Shown here in pieces: positions 8,665 through 16,080 of a DNA stretch of 34,589 nucleotides. A program made the translations under genes and the position numbers. Each line of letters opens with the position of its first letter. Position 1 is the stretch's first letter. Source of the stretch: Hyphomicrobiaceae bacterium (GTDB taxonomy: Bacteria; Pseudomonadota; Alphaproteobacteria; Rhizobiales; Hyphomicrobiaceae); the NCBI GenBank assembly GCA_041742195.1, contig JBGSJD010000296.1:1-34589 (forward strand). Reading direction: 5' to 3'. Below the pieces are notes generated by a model that was given only the letters and a program-made list of their open reading frames with translations, was not told the DNA's origin and made no database searches.

Positions 8665-8835
8665 CGTGATCTCCCCTCGCAATGATCTGCAGGCCTGGCC
8701 AACGGGGCTCGATGCTGGAGCAGACCAGGCGTCGACACTGGACACGAGATCCACCGATGTCGTGCCGTGGGACACAGGACTGCCGGGGTGAAACGCGATA
8801 GCTCGCATTCTGTTGCATCGCCTCGCATAGAACGA

Positions 8836-8866
8836 CGCTGCATCTTCCAAACTCGAAGATGCAGCG
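8836..8866 (+). repeat. perfect 12-bp inverted repeat (hairpin or operator)
   Basis: CGCTGCATCTTC-caaactc-GAAGATGCAGCG, followed by gatctcGTTTTcgg. It lies in the divergent intergenic region between the AI-2E and csbD-like genes. Confidence 0.5.
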
Positions 8867-8902
8867 GATCTCGTTTTCGGATCAGATTTTCATGCATTAT
8901 CG

Positions 8903-8927
8903 GGAACGATTTTCTCAACCGACCGTT
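8903..8927 (+). promoter_or_regulatory. EcfG-type promoter motif GGAAC-N16-CGTT
   Basis: GGAAC 8903-8907 and CGTT 8924-8927, 100 nt upstream of ATG 9027. Confidence 0.7.
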
Positions 8928-9026
8928 TATCGACCATCGGAGCCGACGTGACGAGACGCGCCTCGCGCGCCGGTAGACCGCACGACGTCGGCTCTGACGA
9001 AAACAATCTCGATGAAAGGAATTCGT

Positions 9027-9416
9027 ATGTCTGGCACCAGCAACAAGATTCAGGGGCACGCCAACGAGGCTATCGGCAAGGTCAAGCAGGGCATCGGCAA
9101 GCTGGTCGGCTCCGAGAAACTCCAGGCGGAAGGCAAGATCCAGGAGATCAAGGGTGAAGGCCAGAAGGCTTACGGCGAGGCGAAGGAACGTGTAAGCGAA
9201 GCGACCGAAAACGCGAAGGACGCCGTAGAGAGCGCGGCCAACTCGAGCACGGCCGACAAGATCTCCGGCCATGCCAACGAGACCGTCGGCAAGGCGAAAC
9301 AGGCCCTCGGCCGGACGATCGGCTCGACGGAGATGGAGGCCGAAGGTCTTGCCCAGGAAGCCAAAGGCGAGGCCCAGAAGGCGACCGGAGCCGTCAAGCG
9401 CGAGCTCGGCCGCTAA
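9027..9416 (+). CDS. CsbD-family general stress protein, two tandem CsbD domains
   Basis: AAAGGA 6 nt upstream. NKIQGHANEAIGKVKQGIGKLVGSEKLQAEGKIQEIKGEGQKAYGEAKE is repeated as DKISGHANETVGKAKQALGRTIGSTEMEAEGLAQEAKGEAQKATGAVKRE. Confidence 0.85.
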   Translation: MSGTSNKIQGHANEAIGKVKQGIGKLVGSEKLQAEGKIQEIKGEGQKAYGEAKERVSEATENAKDAVESAANSSTADKISGHANETVGKAKQALGRTIGSTEMEAEGLAQEAKGEAQKATGAVKRELGR

Positions 9417-9480
9417 CCCTCGGCCTTCGAGAAGGCCTTGAAGCGGGCTACCCCCCCCGTAGGCCCGCAAGCAAGGCAGA

Positions 9481-9522
9481 CGCCCCGTCCGACAGATCGT
9501 CGGGCGGGGCGGCGGTGTTTTC
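9481..9522 (+). terminator. rho-independent terminator of the csbD-like gene
   Basis: GCCCCGTCCGAC-agatc-GTCGGGCGGGGC (one mismatch), followed by ggcggtGTTTT. Confidence 0.6.
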
Positions 9523-9697
9523 CTATCGGCGTCCCTTCGGCAGTCACGCGCCGCCGGATTCAAGAACACGCCCAAGGCCGGAGCGATCACGACGACATGT
9601 ATTGAAACGATCGGATCTGGAATTATCGCGGCAACCAATTTCACAGTGGCGAGTTTGACACGATATCGAGAACACGTCCCGGCACTGGAGAAATAAA

Positions 9698-9874
9698 ATG
9701 GGCAGTATGCTTCACTACGCAATCGTCTTCCTGGTCGTGGCCCTGGTTGCAGCATTCCTCGGCTTCGGCGGAGTAGCCGGCACGGCGATGGAAGGCGCAC
9801 GCATCCTCTTCTGGGTCGCAATCGTCCTGTTTGTCGTCTCGGTCGTTGCTGGCTTTCTGCGCCGCGCAAGGTAG
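9698..9874 (+). CDS. DUF1328 (UPF0391) small membrane protein
   Basis: Not in the ORF track (58 aa). Hand translation: [58 protein letters not shown]-stop. GGAG lies 7 nt upstream; alternative ATG at 9707. Typical LGFGG(I/V)AG core. Confidence 0.75.
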   Translation: MGSMLHYAIVFLVVALVAAFLGFGGVAGTAMEGARILFWVAIVLFVVSVVAGFLRRAR

Positions 9875-9902
9875 CCATCGGCGCCAGCGCAACAAAGACC
9901 CT

Positions 9903-9937
9903 GAGCCGGCTCGAGTCGAAACTCGGGCCGGCTTTTT
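9903..9937 (+). terminator. rho-independent terminator of the DUF1328 gene
   Basis: GAGCCGGCTCGAGT-cgaa-ACTCGGGCCGGCT followed by TTTTT. Confidence 0.75.
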
Positions 9938-10020
9938 CATATGCGGCTGCATCGAGAACGCATCACGGTGCCACGCATAGCGTGCGAAGCGAAATCCGCG
10001 CACAAAACGCGCCACACGGC

Positions 10021-10045
10021 GGAACGCAGGGGCGGTCTCGGCGTT
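10021..10045 (+). promoter_or_regulatory. EcfG-type promoter motif GGAAC-N16-CGTT
   Basis: GGAAC 10021-10025 and CGTT 10042-10045, 85 nt upstream of ATG 10130. Confidence 0.7.
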
Positions 10046-10129
10046 ATCAAGGCAGCGGTCGACGATACCGCATCGCACACCCATCGAGCCCCGAAGCCTC
10101 GCAATCTCGAAAGAATGAGGAGTTGAGCT

Positions 10130-10453
10130 ATGGCTAACCACGCCGCCCATCAGGACACCAGCATCACCAGCGCCAGCCCGGCGGGCACGGCCCGCGACAT
10201 GTCCGAAAAGCTTGGCGAGGCCGCCTCCGAACTGGCCAGCAAGGCTGGCGAGAAGGTGGATCGCGTGATCCACGAGGCTGACGCCACCGTGCGCACCATC
10301 GGAGCCCAGGGCCGAGACGCCGGCGAGCGCGTCACCGAGGTCGCCGGCAACGTGAAGGCGGCAATCGACAAGTCTCTGAAGGAGCAGCCGATGGCCACTC
10401 TGGCGATCGCGGCCGCACTGGGTCTCGTGGTCGGCGCGCTCTGGAAATCCTGA
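10130..10453 (+). CDS. DUF883 (ElaB/YqjD-like) C-tail-anchored stress protein
   Basis: GAGGAG 7 nt upstream. Helical Ala/Glu/Lys-rich body, then EQPMATLAIAAALGLVVGALWKS as a C-terminal TM anchor. Confidence 0.75.
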   Translation: MANHAAHQDTSITSASPAGTARDMSEKLGEAASELASKAGEKVDRVIHEADATVRTIGAQGRDAGERVTEVAGNVKAAIDKSLKEQPMATLAIAAALGLVVGALWKS

Positions 10454-10500
10454 CGCGCCGCAGCCCCTGACGTCGATCACCACACGGAGAGGAGAGGGCC

Positions 10501-11043
10501 ATGTTCGCAAGCCTAATGCGACAGGCGCAAGCCAGCGTCGACGATGCGGTCGCCGTCGTCGTTAATCGCATCGTCGTCGCCGTTCCTTTCCTCGTCGCGG
10601 CGGGCTTTGCAGTCTCGGCCCTGTCGACCTGGCTGACCGACCGATACGGCAGCCAGGTCGCCGATCTCATCCTGGCCTCAGGTTTTGTCGGGATCGGCGT
10701 CGTGACCGCGATCGTGATCGAGTTGCGGCGGCCGTCACACACGACGGGCGACGCCGAACCGGTCTCGACCAGCGCCAGCGAAGCCGAGGCCGCGTCGGCG
10801 GAAAGCGCCCCGAACTTGGCCGGCATGATGGAGAGTGGACGGGCCCTGGGTCTGCTCGCGAGTGCGGCCCCCATGGCCATCCCGGTGGTTCTGAGGCACG
10901 CGATCCGGAACCTGCCCATCATCTTCATGATCGCTGTGGCGGTCTACGTTCTGACCCGTCGACCGGAGGCGGTGACCGACGGCCTCGATGACCCACCGAC
11001 CGACCCGTTGCGCGACGCCGGTCCGGATCTGGCTGTAACGTAG
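10501..11043 (+). CDS. membrane protein, probably co-transcribed with the DUF883 gene
   Basis: GGAGAGGAGAGGG before the ATG and a 47-nt gap after the upstream stop. Hydrophobic helices (IVVAVPFLVAAGFAVSALSTWL, LILASGFVGIGVVTAIVI, LPIIFMIAVAVYVL). GC3-rich codons. No family recognised with confidence. Confidence 0.6.
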   Translation: MFASLMRQAQASVDDAVAVVVNRIVVAVPFLVAAGFAVSALSTWLTDRYGSQVADLILASGFVGIGVVTAIVIELRRPSHTTGDAEPVSTSASEAEAASAESAPNLAGMMESGRALGLLASAAPMAIPVVLRHAIRNLPIIFMIAVAVYVLTRRPEAVTDGLDDPPTDPLRDAGPDLAVT

Positions 11044-11145
11044 TTTACTATTATATATCATGACATTGGCCGATCGAAAGCGATGGCCGATGCGCCAGTC
11101 GAGGCGTCTGGTCGGTCGTCTTGACACTTTGCCGCAACGAGCGAT

Positions 11146-11171
11146 GGAACTCGGCCGGGGGGACACGCGTT
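11146..11171 (+). promoter_or_regulatory. EcfG-type promoter motif GGAAC-N17-CGTT (autoregulated nepR-ecfG promoter)
   Basis: GGAAC 11146-11150 and CGTT 11168-11171, 40 nt upstream of nepR ATG 11211. Confidence 0.75.
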
Positions 11172-11210
11172 TCGCCTTCCACCGGCTACAAGACGAGAAA
11201 GCCCGAAGTC

Positions 11211-11426
11211 ATGCCTCAGTCGAATGACGACACGTCCGCAACCGGCACCGGAAAGGAGGCCGTCGACGGGAGCGCCACGAAATGCGATGCGGCCTTGGCT
11301 CCGGAAGCTCAGGACGCCATCACCTCCCAGCTCAAGCGCCTTTACGGCGACATGCTCAAGGCCCCGATCCCCGACCGCTTCAGCGAGTTGCTGGCCGACT
11401 TGAGCAAAGGAAAGCGCTCCTCATGA
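11211..11426 (+). CDS. nepR: anti-sigma factor NepR
   Basis: 71 aa. C-terminal core ITSQLKRLYGDMLKAPIPDRFSELLADL matches the NepR signature (LrxxY...EPiPxRFxxLL). The stop overlaps the ecfG start (ATGA at 11423-11426). Confidence 0.85.
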   Translation: MPQSNDDTSATGTGKEAVDGSATKCDAALAPEAQDAITSQLKRLYGDMLKAPIPDRFSELLADLSKGKRSS

Positions 11427-11971
11427 CCAGTGCCGCGTCAGAAGATTTTCCGGCGATGCTGGCCGCTCTCGTGCCCAACTTGCGCGCGTTTGGCCGATCG
11501 TTGACCGGATCGTCGGAGCACGCCGACGATCTGGTGCAGGAGACGCTTGTCAAGGCGTGGCAGAGTCGCCAGCGCTTCGAGGAAGGCTCCAATCTGAAGG
11601 CGTGGCTGTTCACCATCCTGCGCAACACGTTCCTCTCCGAGCGACGCAAGCGCAAATGGGAGCGACAGGACGTCGACGGCGATGGTGCGGCCATGCTCGT
11701 CTCCCGTGGCGAACAGCTCGGGCACATGGATCTGCTGGATTTCAATACGGCATTCTCTGGCCTGCCGGAGGATCAGAAGGAGGCACTGCTGCTCGTCGGA
11801 GCCGAGGGCTTTTCATACGAAGAGGCCGCCCAGATGTGCGGCTGCGCCGTCGGCACGATGAAGAGCCGCGTGAGCCGCGCCCGAACTCGGTTGGCAGCCC
11901 TGCTCGGATACGAGAGCGGGAACTACGAACTCGCGGAAACGTTTTCTGGCGAGGCCGTTCGCACCTCGTGA
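11423..11971 (+). CDS. ecfG: ECF sigma factor EcfG (ECF15; SigT/RpoE2-like)
   Basis: Region 2 DLVQETLVKAWQSRQRFEEGSNLKAWLFTILRNTFLSERRKRK. Region 4 EALLLVGAEGFSYEEAAQMCGCAVGTMKSRVSRARTRL. Translationally coupled to nepR. Confidence 0.88.
   Translation: MTSAASEDFPAMLAALVPNLRAFGRSLTGSSEHADDLVQETLVKAWQSRQRFEEGSNLKAWLFTILRNTFLSERRKRKWERQDVDGDGAAMLVSRGEQLGHMDLLDFNTAFSGLPEDQKEALLLVGAEGFSYEEAAQMCGCAVGTMKSRVSRARTRLAALLGYESGNYELAETFSGEAVRTS
11919..11943 (+). promoter_or_regulatory. EcfG-type promoter motif GGAAC-N16-CGTT inside the 3' end of ecfG, facing dps
   Basis: GGAAC 11919-11923 and CGTT 11940-11943, 129 nt upstream of dps ATG 12072. Confidence 0.55.
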
Positions 11972-12071
11972 ACGCCACGGCGACGGCCACAAAGACGGGC
12001 CGCATCGCCACCGCCGCTCGGCATGGACATACACATGATGTGCCGGGCGACCGATGAGAAAGGACTGCGTT

Positions 12072-12578
12072 ATGAGTGAGAAAGCCAAGCGACAGGCGTC
12101 GATCGAGACGCTCGACACTGGTCTCGGCGCCCGCGATCGCGGCAAGGTCGCAGGAGCATTGGTCCCGGTACTCGCCGACAGCTACATCCTGCTGATCAAG
12201 ACCCACGTTTATCATTGGAACGTCGTCGGTCAGCATTTTCTGCCCCTCCACGAATTGACGGAGGCGCACTACACCAACCTCTTCGCCGCCGTTGACGAGA
12301 TCGCCGAGCGCATCCGGTCACTCGGCAAGCGCGCCCCGCTGAGCCTGTCCGCACTGCGCGACAAGGCATCGGTCGAAGAGGAGACGGTTAATCGCACCGC
12401 CGAGGAGATGGTCGCCCACCTCGTCGACGATCACGAGCAGCTGACGAAGCGCCTGCGCGAAGCCGCATTGCTGGCTGACGAATCCGACGACCTCGTCACC
12501 GCCGACCTTCTGACGCAGCGCCTGGCCTTCCACGAAAAGGCGATCTGGATGCTGCGTGCCATCCTGGGCAAGGCGTGA
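12072..12578 (+). CDS. dps: Dps (DNA starvation/stationary-phase protection, ferritin-like) protein
   Basis: AAAGGA upstream of ATG 12072 (ORF opens at 12054). VLADSYILLIKTHVYHWNVVGQHFLPLHELTEAHYTNLFAAVDEIAERIRSLG is the Dps ferroxidase-site region. Confidence 0.88.
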   Translation: MSEKAKRQASIETLDTGLGARDRGKVAGALVPVLADSYILLIKTHVYHWNVVGQHFLPLHELTEAHYTNLFAAVDEIAERIRSLGKRAPLSLSALRDKASVEEETVNRTAEEMVAHLVDDHEQLTKRLREAALLADESDDLVTADLLTQRLAFHEKAIWMLRAILGKA

Positions 12579-12610
12579 CGCGATCGCGAGAAATTCTCTG
12601 CACGCGGACG

Positions 12611-12635
12611 GGAACCGTCCGGCCCCCCGGGCGTT
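12611..12635 (+). promoter_or_regulatory. EcfG-type promoter motif GGAAC-N16-CGTT (phyR promoter)
   Basis: GGAAC 12611-12615 and CGTT 12632-12635, 67 nt upstream of phyR ATG 12702. Confidence 0.75.
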
Positions 12636-12701
12636 AGGGCGTTGGGCACGGCACTGCCTCTGCCCCGCCACGGGGTGGTCGCCACATTGGAGAACCGCAA
12701 G

Positions 12702-13517
12702 ATGCCGAAGTCGCTTGCCGATCAACTGTCACCGCAACTCCCATACTTGCGCCGCTTCGCCCGCGCACTCTGCGGCTCGCAGGAAGCCGGAGACGCCTAC
12801 ATCGTCGTGATGCTGGAGGCACTGGTGGCCGATCGGAGCCTCTACGATACGTCGCTGCCCCACCGCGTCGCGGCCTATTCGGCTCTCCTGAAGATCTGGT
12901 CGTCGGTTCCCGTCAACCAGAAGACCATGTCCGCCGAGGCAGGCCCCTTGAGCGCAGCCGACCGCCGGATCGACACGCTCGCGCCAGCGTCGCGCCAGGC
13001 GTTCCTGCTGGCAGGCCTCGAGGATTTCTCGAGCGCCGAGATCGCACTGATGATGGAGCGCAGCGAGGAAAACGTGCTGACCCTCATCGACGAAGCATCG
13101 CGTGAAATCGCGGCGCAGATCGCGGCGCGCATCATGATCATCGAGGACGAACCGCTCATCGCCATGGACATCGAGAGCCTCGTCACCGATCTCGGCCACG
13201 AGGTCGTCGGCATCGCGGCGACGCGTAAGGAAGCCGTGGATCTCGGCAAGCGCCAGCAGCCGGGCATGATCCTCGCCGACATCCAGCTTGCCGACGGCAG
13301 CTCGGGTATCGACGCCGTCAACGAGATCCTCGGCGACCTCGACGTGCCGGTCGTCTTCATTACGGCCTATCCGGAGCGCCTTTTGACGGGCGAGCGCCCA
13401 GAGCCTGCATTCCTGATCACGAAACCGTTCAAGCCGGAAATGGTGAAAGCCGTGATCAGCCAGGCGTTGTTTTTCGATGTGAAGGCCGGGGGCGGACGCC
13501 GCGGCGCTGCAGCCTGA
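12702..13517 (+). CDS. phyR: anti-anti-sigma response regulator PhyR (sigma-like domain + receiver)
   Basis: GGAGAA 7 nt upstream. N-terminus MPKSLADQLSPQLPYLRRFARALCGSQEAGDAYI (ECF sigma-like). C-terminal receiver IMIIEDEPLIAMDIE...MILADIQLADGSSG...ITKPF. Confidence 0.9.
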   Translation: MPKSLADQLSPQLPYLRRFARALCGSQEAGDAYIVVMLEALVADRSLYDTSLPHRVAAYSALLKIWSSVPVNQKTMSAEAGPLSAADRRIDTLAPASRQAFLLAGLEDFSSAEIALMMERSEENVLTLIDEASREIAAQIAARIMIIEDEPLIAMDIESLVTDLGHEVVGIAATRKEAVDLGKRQQPGMILADIQLADGSSGIDAVNEILGDLDVPVVFITAYPERLLTGERPEPAFLITKPFKPEMVKAVISQALFFDVKAGGGRRGAAA

Positions 13518-13551
13518 TTGGACGGCACAACAAGACGGCTGACGTCGCCGA

Positions 13552-15717
13552 GTGCAGACGCCAGCGCGAGCGGGGCAAAGAAGGATGGACACCGGACTGC
13601 TGGAGGCGAGCCCCGACTGCATCAAGATTCTGTCTCTCGATGGCCGCCTGCAGTTCATGAATCACAACGGCCGCTGCCTGATGGAAATCGACGACATCGA
13701 GCAGGTGAAATCCGTCCGCTGGCCGGAATTCTGGCCGCCCGATTACAGGGACTCCGTCGAACAGGCGATGGCCACCGCGCAGTCGGGCGCCGTGGTTCGC
13801 CTGTCCGCGCCGTGCCCCACAGCGAAGGGGACACCCAAATGGTGGGACGTCTTCATCAGCCCGATACGCGACGAGAGCGGCGCGATCGTCGCCATCATGT
13901 CGACCTCGCGCGATGTCACGCACCTCAAGGCCGTCGAGTCGAACCTGAAGGAAAGCGAGCAGCGCTTCCGCGCTCTTGCCGACACGATTCCGCAGTTGGC
14001 CTGGATCAGCGATCCCCACGGAAACATCTCGTGGTTCAATCAGCGCTGGCTCGACTACACCGGCCTGACGCTGGAACAGACGACGGGCCGCGGTTGGCAA
14101 CAGGCGCACGACCCGGAACATCTCGACCGCGTGGTCAGCCGTTTCGTCGCCACCCTCGAGCGCGGTGAGAACTGGGAAGACACGTTTCCGCTACGCGGCC
14201 GCGACGGAAACTATCGCTGGTTCCTCTCGCGCGCTCGCCCCCTGCACGACGCAACGGGCAAGGCGGTGCTCTACTGCGGCACCAATACGGACGTCACCGA
14301 GCAACGCGAGCAGAGCCAGCGCCTGCGCCAGCTCGCGCGCGTCGTGAACATGTCACACGAAGCCATCCTCGTTTGGGATCGCGAGAGCGGCATCCTGAAC
14401 TGGAATCGCGGCTGCGTGGATCTCTACGGATACACGCGCAACGAAGCACTTGGCCGCATCAGTCACGACCTTCTGGCCACGCGACATCCGATGCCACGCG
14501 CCGAGTTCGAGCGATTCCTGATCGAGGAAGGATCGTGGAGCGGCGAACTGTTGCACAAGGCGGCAGACGGCTCCGAGGTCTGGGTCGAAAGCCGCCAGGA
14601 ATTGATCCGTGTCGGTGGCCGCGACGTGATCCTCGAAACCAACCGCGACATCACCGAGCGCCGGCATGCGGACCACCTCCGTGACCTGCTGCTGGCGGAG
14701 ATCAATCATCGCGTCAAGAATACGCTCGCGATCGTCCAGTCACTCGCCCATCAGACGGCGAAGACATCGGAAACCGTCGCTCAATTCGCCCGCCGCTTCG
14801 ACGGGCGCCTTCATGCGCTCGCCGGCGCCCACTCGATTCTGACGGAATCGAACTGGATCGGCGCGCCGATGGAGGAACTGATCAGGGCCCAGCTCGTGCT
14901 GCACGGAGAGCGAACCGCGGCTGTGTCCTATGAAGGTGAGGATGTCTTCCTGCCGCCGCAGGTGGCGGTACAGATGTCGCTCGCAATCAACGAACTGACC
15001 ACCAACGCGCTCCAGCACGGTGCTTTGACGCGACAGGCTGGCCGGGTTGCGATCCGATGGCTGGTCGAGTCGAGCGACGATCTCGACATCCTTCGCTTCG
15101 AGTGGGTCGAAACGGGCACGATGAACGATAGCATGACGCGTGGTCGCGGCTTCGGATTGAAGTTTCTCGACCGCCTCAATCATCTGCCGTCGATCAAGGC
15201 CGAAACGAGCTTTGAGCCTGATCGCCTCACGGCACGCATCACGATCGATATACCCCGCGAACAGCCCGGCCCAGCGCCGGTCCTCTTCAATTTTGGGCGC
15301 GAGCGTCAGTCGCTGGCTGTGAACCAGGGCACTCCGCGCAATGCGGAACCGGATCACGTCCTCATCGTCCAGCAGCAGTCGCTCGAGGCCTATCGGTTCG
15401 ACGAAATGGCCGGCACCCTTGGGTTTGGGACCGTCGGCCCCGTCAGCGATCCGGCAGAGATCGAGCGGCGTCTGAAGGGCCACGATTATCTGCTGGCGAT
15501 TGTCGATCTCGATGGGCTGGAGGAGAAAGTGGCCGACCTGCTCGCTTCGATCGAGACCGACAAGGTTCCGGTGATGGTGGTCGGCTCCAATGCTGCATTG
15601 ACCCGATGTTCGGCCGAGCTGAGCGGCCATAGCCGCATGGCAAAGCCGCTGACCGCAGAAAAGCTGATGGGCGAATTGCTCGCGCTGCCAGGCCGCCTGT
15701 CGCCAGGTGGGGATTGA
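13552..15717 (+). CDS. multi-PAS HWE/HisKA_2 (HRxxN) histidine kinase with a C-terminal receiver-like domain
   Basis: GTG 13552 (alternative ATG 13585, MDTGLLEA). Three PAS-like segments, H-box EINHRVKNTLAIVQSLAHQT, N-box NELTTNALQHGAL, GFGLKFL, then about 120 aa with receiver topology. Directly downstream of phyR. Confidence 0.85.
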   Translation: MQTPARAGQRRMDTGLLEASPDCIKILSLDGRLQFMNHNGRCLMEIDDIEQVKSVRWPEFWPPDYRDSVEQAMATAQSGAVVRLSAPCPTAKGTPKWWDVFISPIRDESGAIVAIMSTSRDVTHLKAVESNLKESEQRFRALADTIPQLAWISDPHGNISWFNQRWLDYTGLTLEQTTGRGWQQAHDPEHLDRVVSRFVATLERGENWEDTFPLRGRDGNYRWFLSRARPLHDATGKAVLYCGTNTDVTEQREQSQRLRQLARVVNMSHEAILVWDRESGILNWNRGCVDLYGYTRNEALGRISHDLLATRHPMPRAEFERFLIEEGSWSGELLHKAADGSEVWVESRQELIRVGGRDVILETNRDITERRHADHLRDLLLAEINHRVKNTLAIVQSLAHQTAKTSETVAQFARRFDGRLHALAGAHSILTESNWIGAPMEELIRAQLVLHGERTAAVSYEGEDVFLPPQVAVQMSLAINELTTNALQHGALTRQAGRVAIRWLVESSDDLDILRFEWVETGTMNDSMTRGRGFGLKFLDRLNHLPSIKAETSFEPDRLTARITIDIPREQPGPAPVLFNFGRERQSLAVNQGTPRNAEPDHVLIVQQQSLEAYRFDEMAGTLGFGTVGPVSDPAEIERRLKGHDYLLAIVDLDGLEEKVADLLASIETDKVPVMVVGSNAALTRCSAELSGHSRMAKPLTAEKLMGELLALPGRLSPGGD

Positions 15718-15865
15718 TCGGCTCTTCCCTGCGAGCGTGCCAGTGTGTCGACCGGCGACTGGAAGGCCCGCCCGGACACGGCCAGGGCTGTCGTGGCCGC
15801 GAAGCCACGCATCCACAATCTAGAATCTGCCAATCGACAATGCTGTTGACGCGTTTGTGACACAG

Positions 15866-16080
15866 GATGCTATCCTCACGGTGCTCAGGTTCTGCGGACG
15901 TTCGAGCCGCGGATGAAATGGGAACGCGGTGACATCAGCTTCTGCTGGTCGATGCCGCGGCTGCCCCCGCAACTGTAAGCGGCGAGCTTTCCTGCGTTAA
16001 CCACTGGTGAGGGGATGGCCCTTGCTGGGAAGGTGCAGGCAAAGCGTCAGAGCCGTAAGCCAGGAGACCTGCCCGAGCAT
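15866..16080 (+). promoter_or_regulatory. cobalamin (B12) riboswitch
   Basis: Conserved core AAATGGGAACGCGGTG ... GCTGCCCCCGCAACTGTAAGCGG ... CCACTGG ... GGGAAGG and B12 box GCCGTAAGCCAGGAGACCTGCC (ends 16073). Upstream of a TonB-dependent receptor. Outer boundaries approximate. Confidence 0.88.

Noticed and set aside
9523-9697. Search for an EcfG promoter upstream of the DUF1328 gene.
   Set aside because: Only degenerate matches were found (AGAAC-N16-CGAT, and GGAAT-N16-TTCA). The promoter for this gene remains unidentified.
15846-15876. A possible sigma-70 promoter, TTGACG-N19-TATCCT, ahead of the riboswitch.
   Set aside because: A 19-nt spacer is suboptimal and no other support exists. 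Left unannotated.
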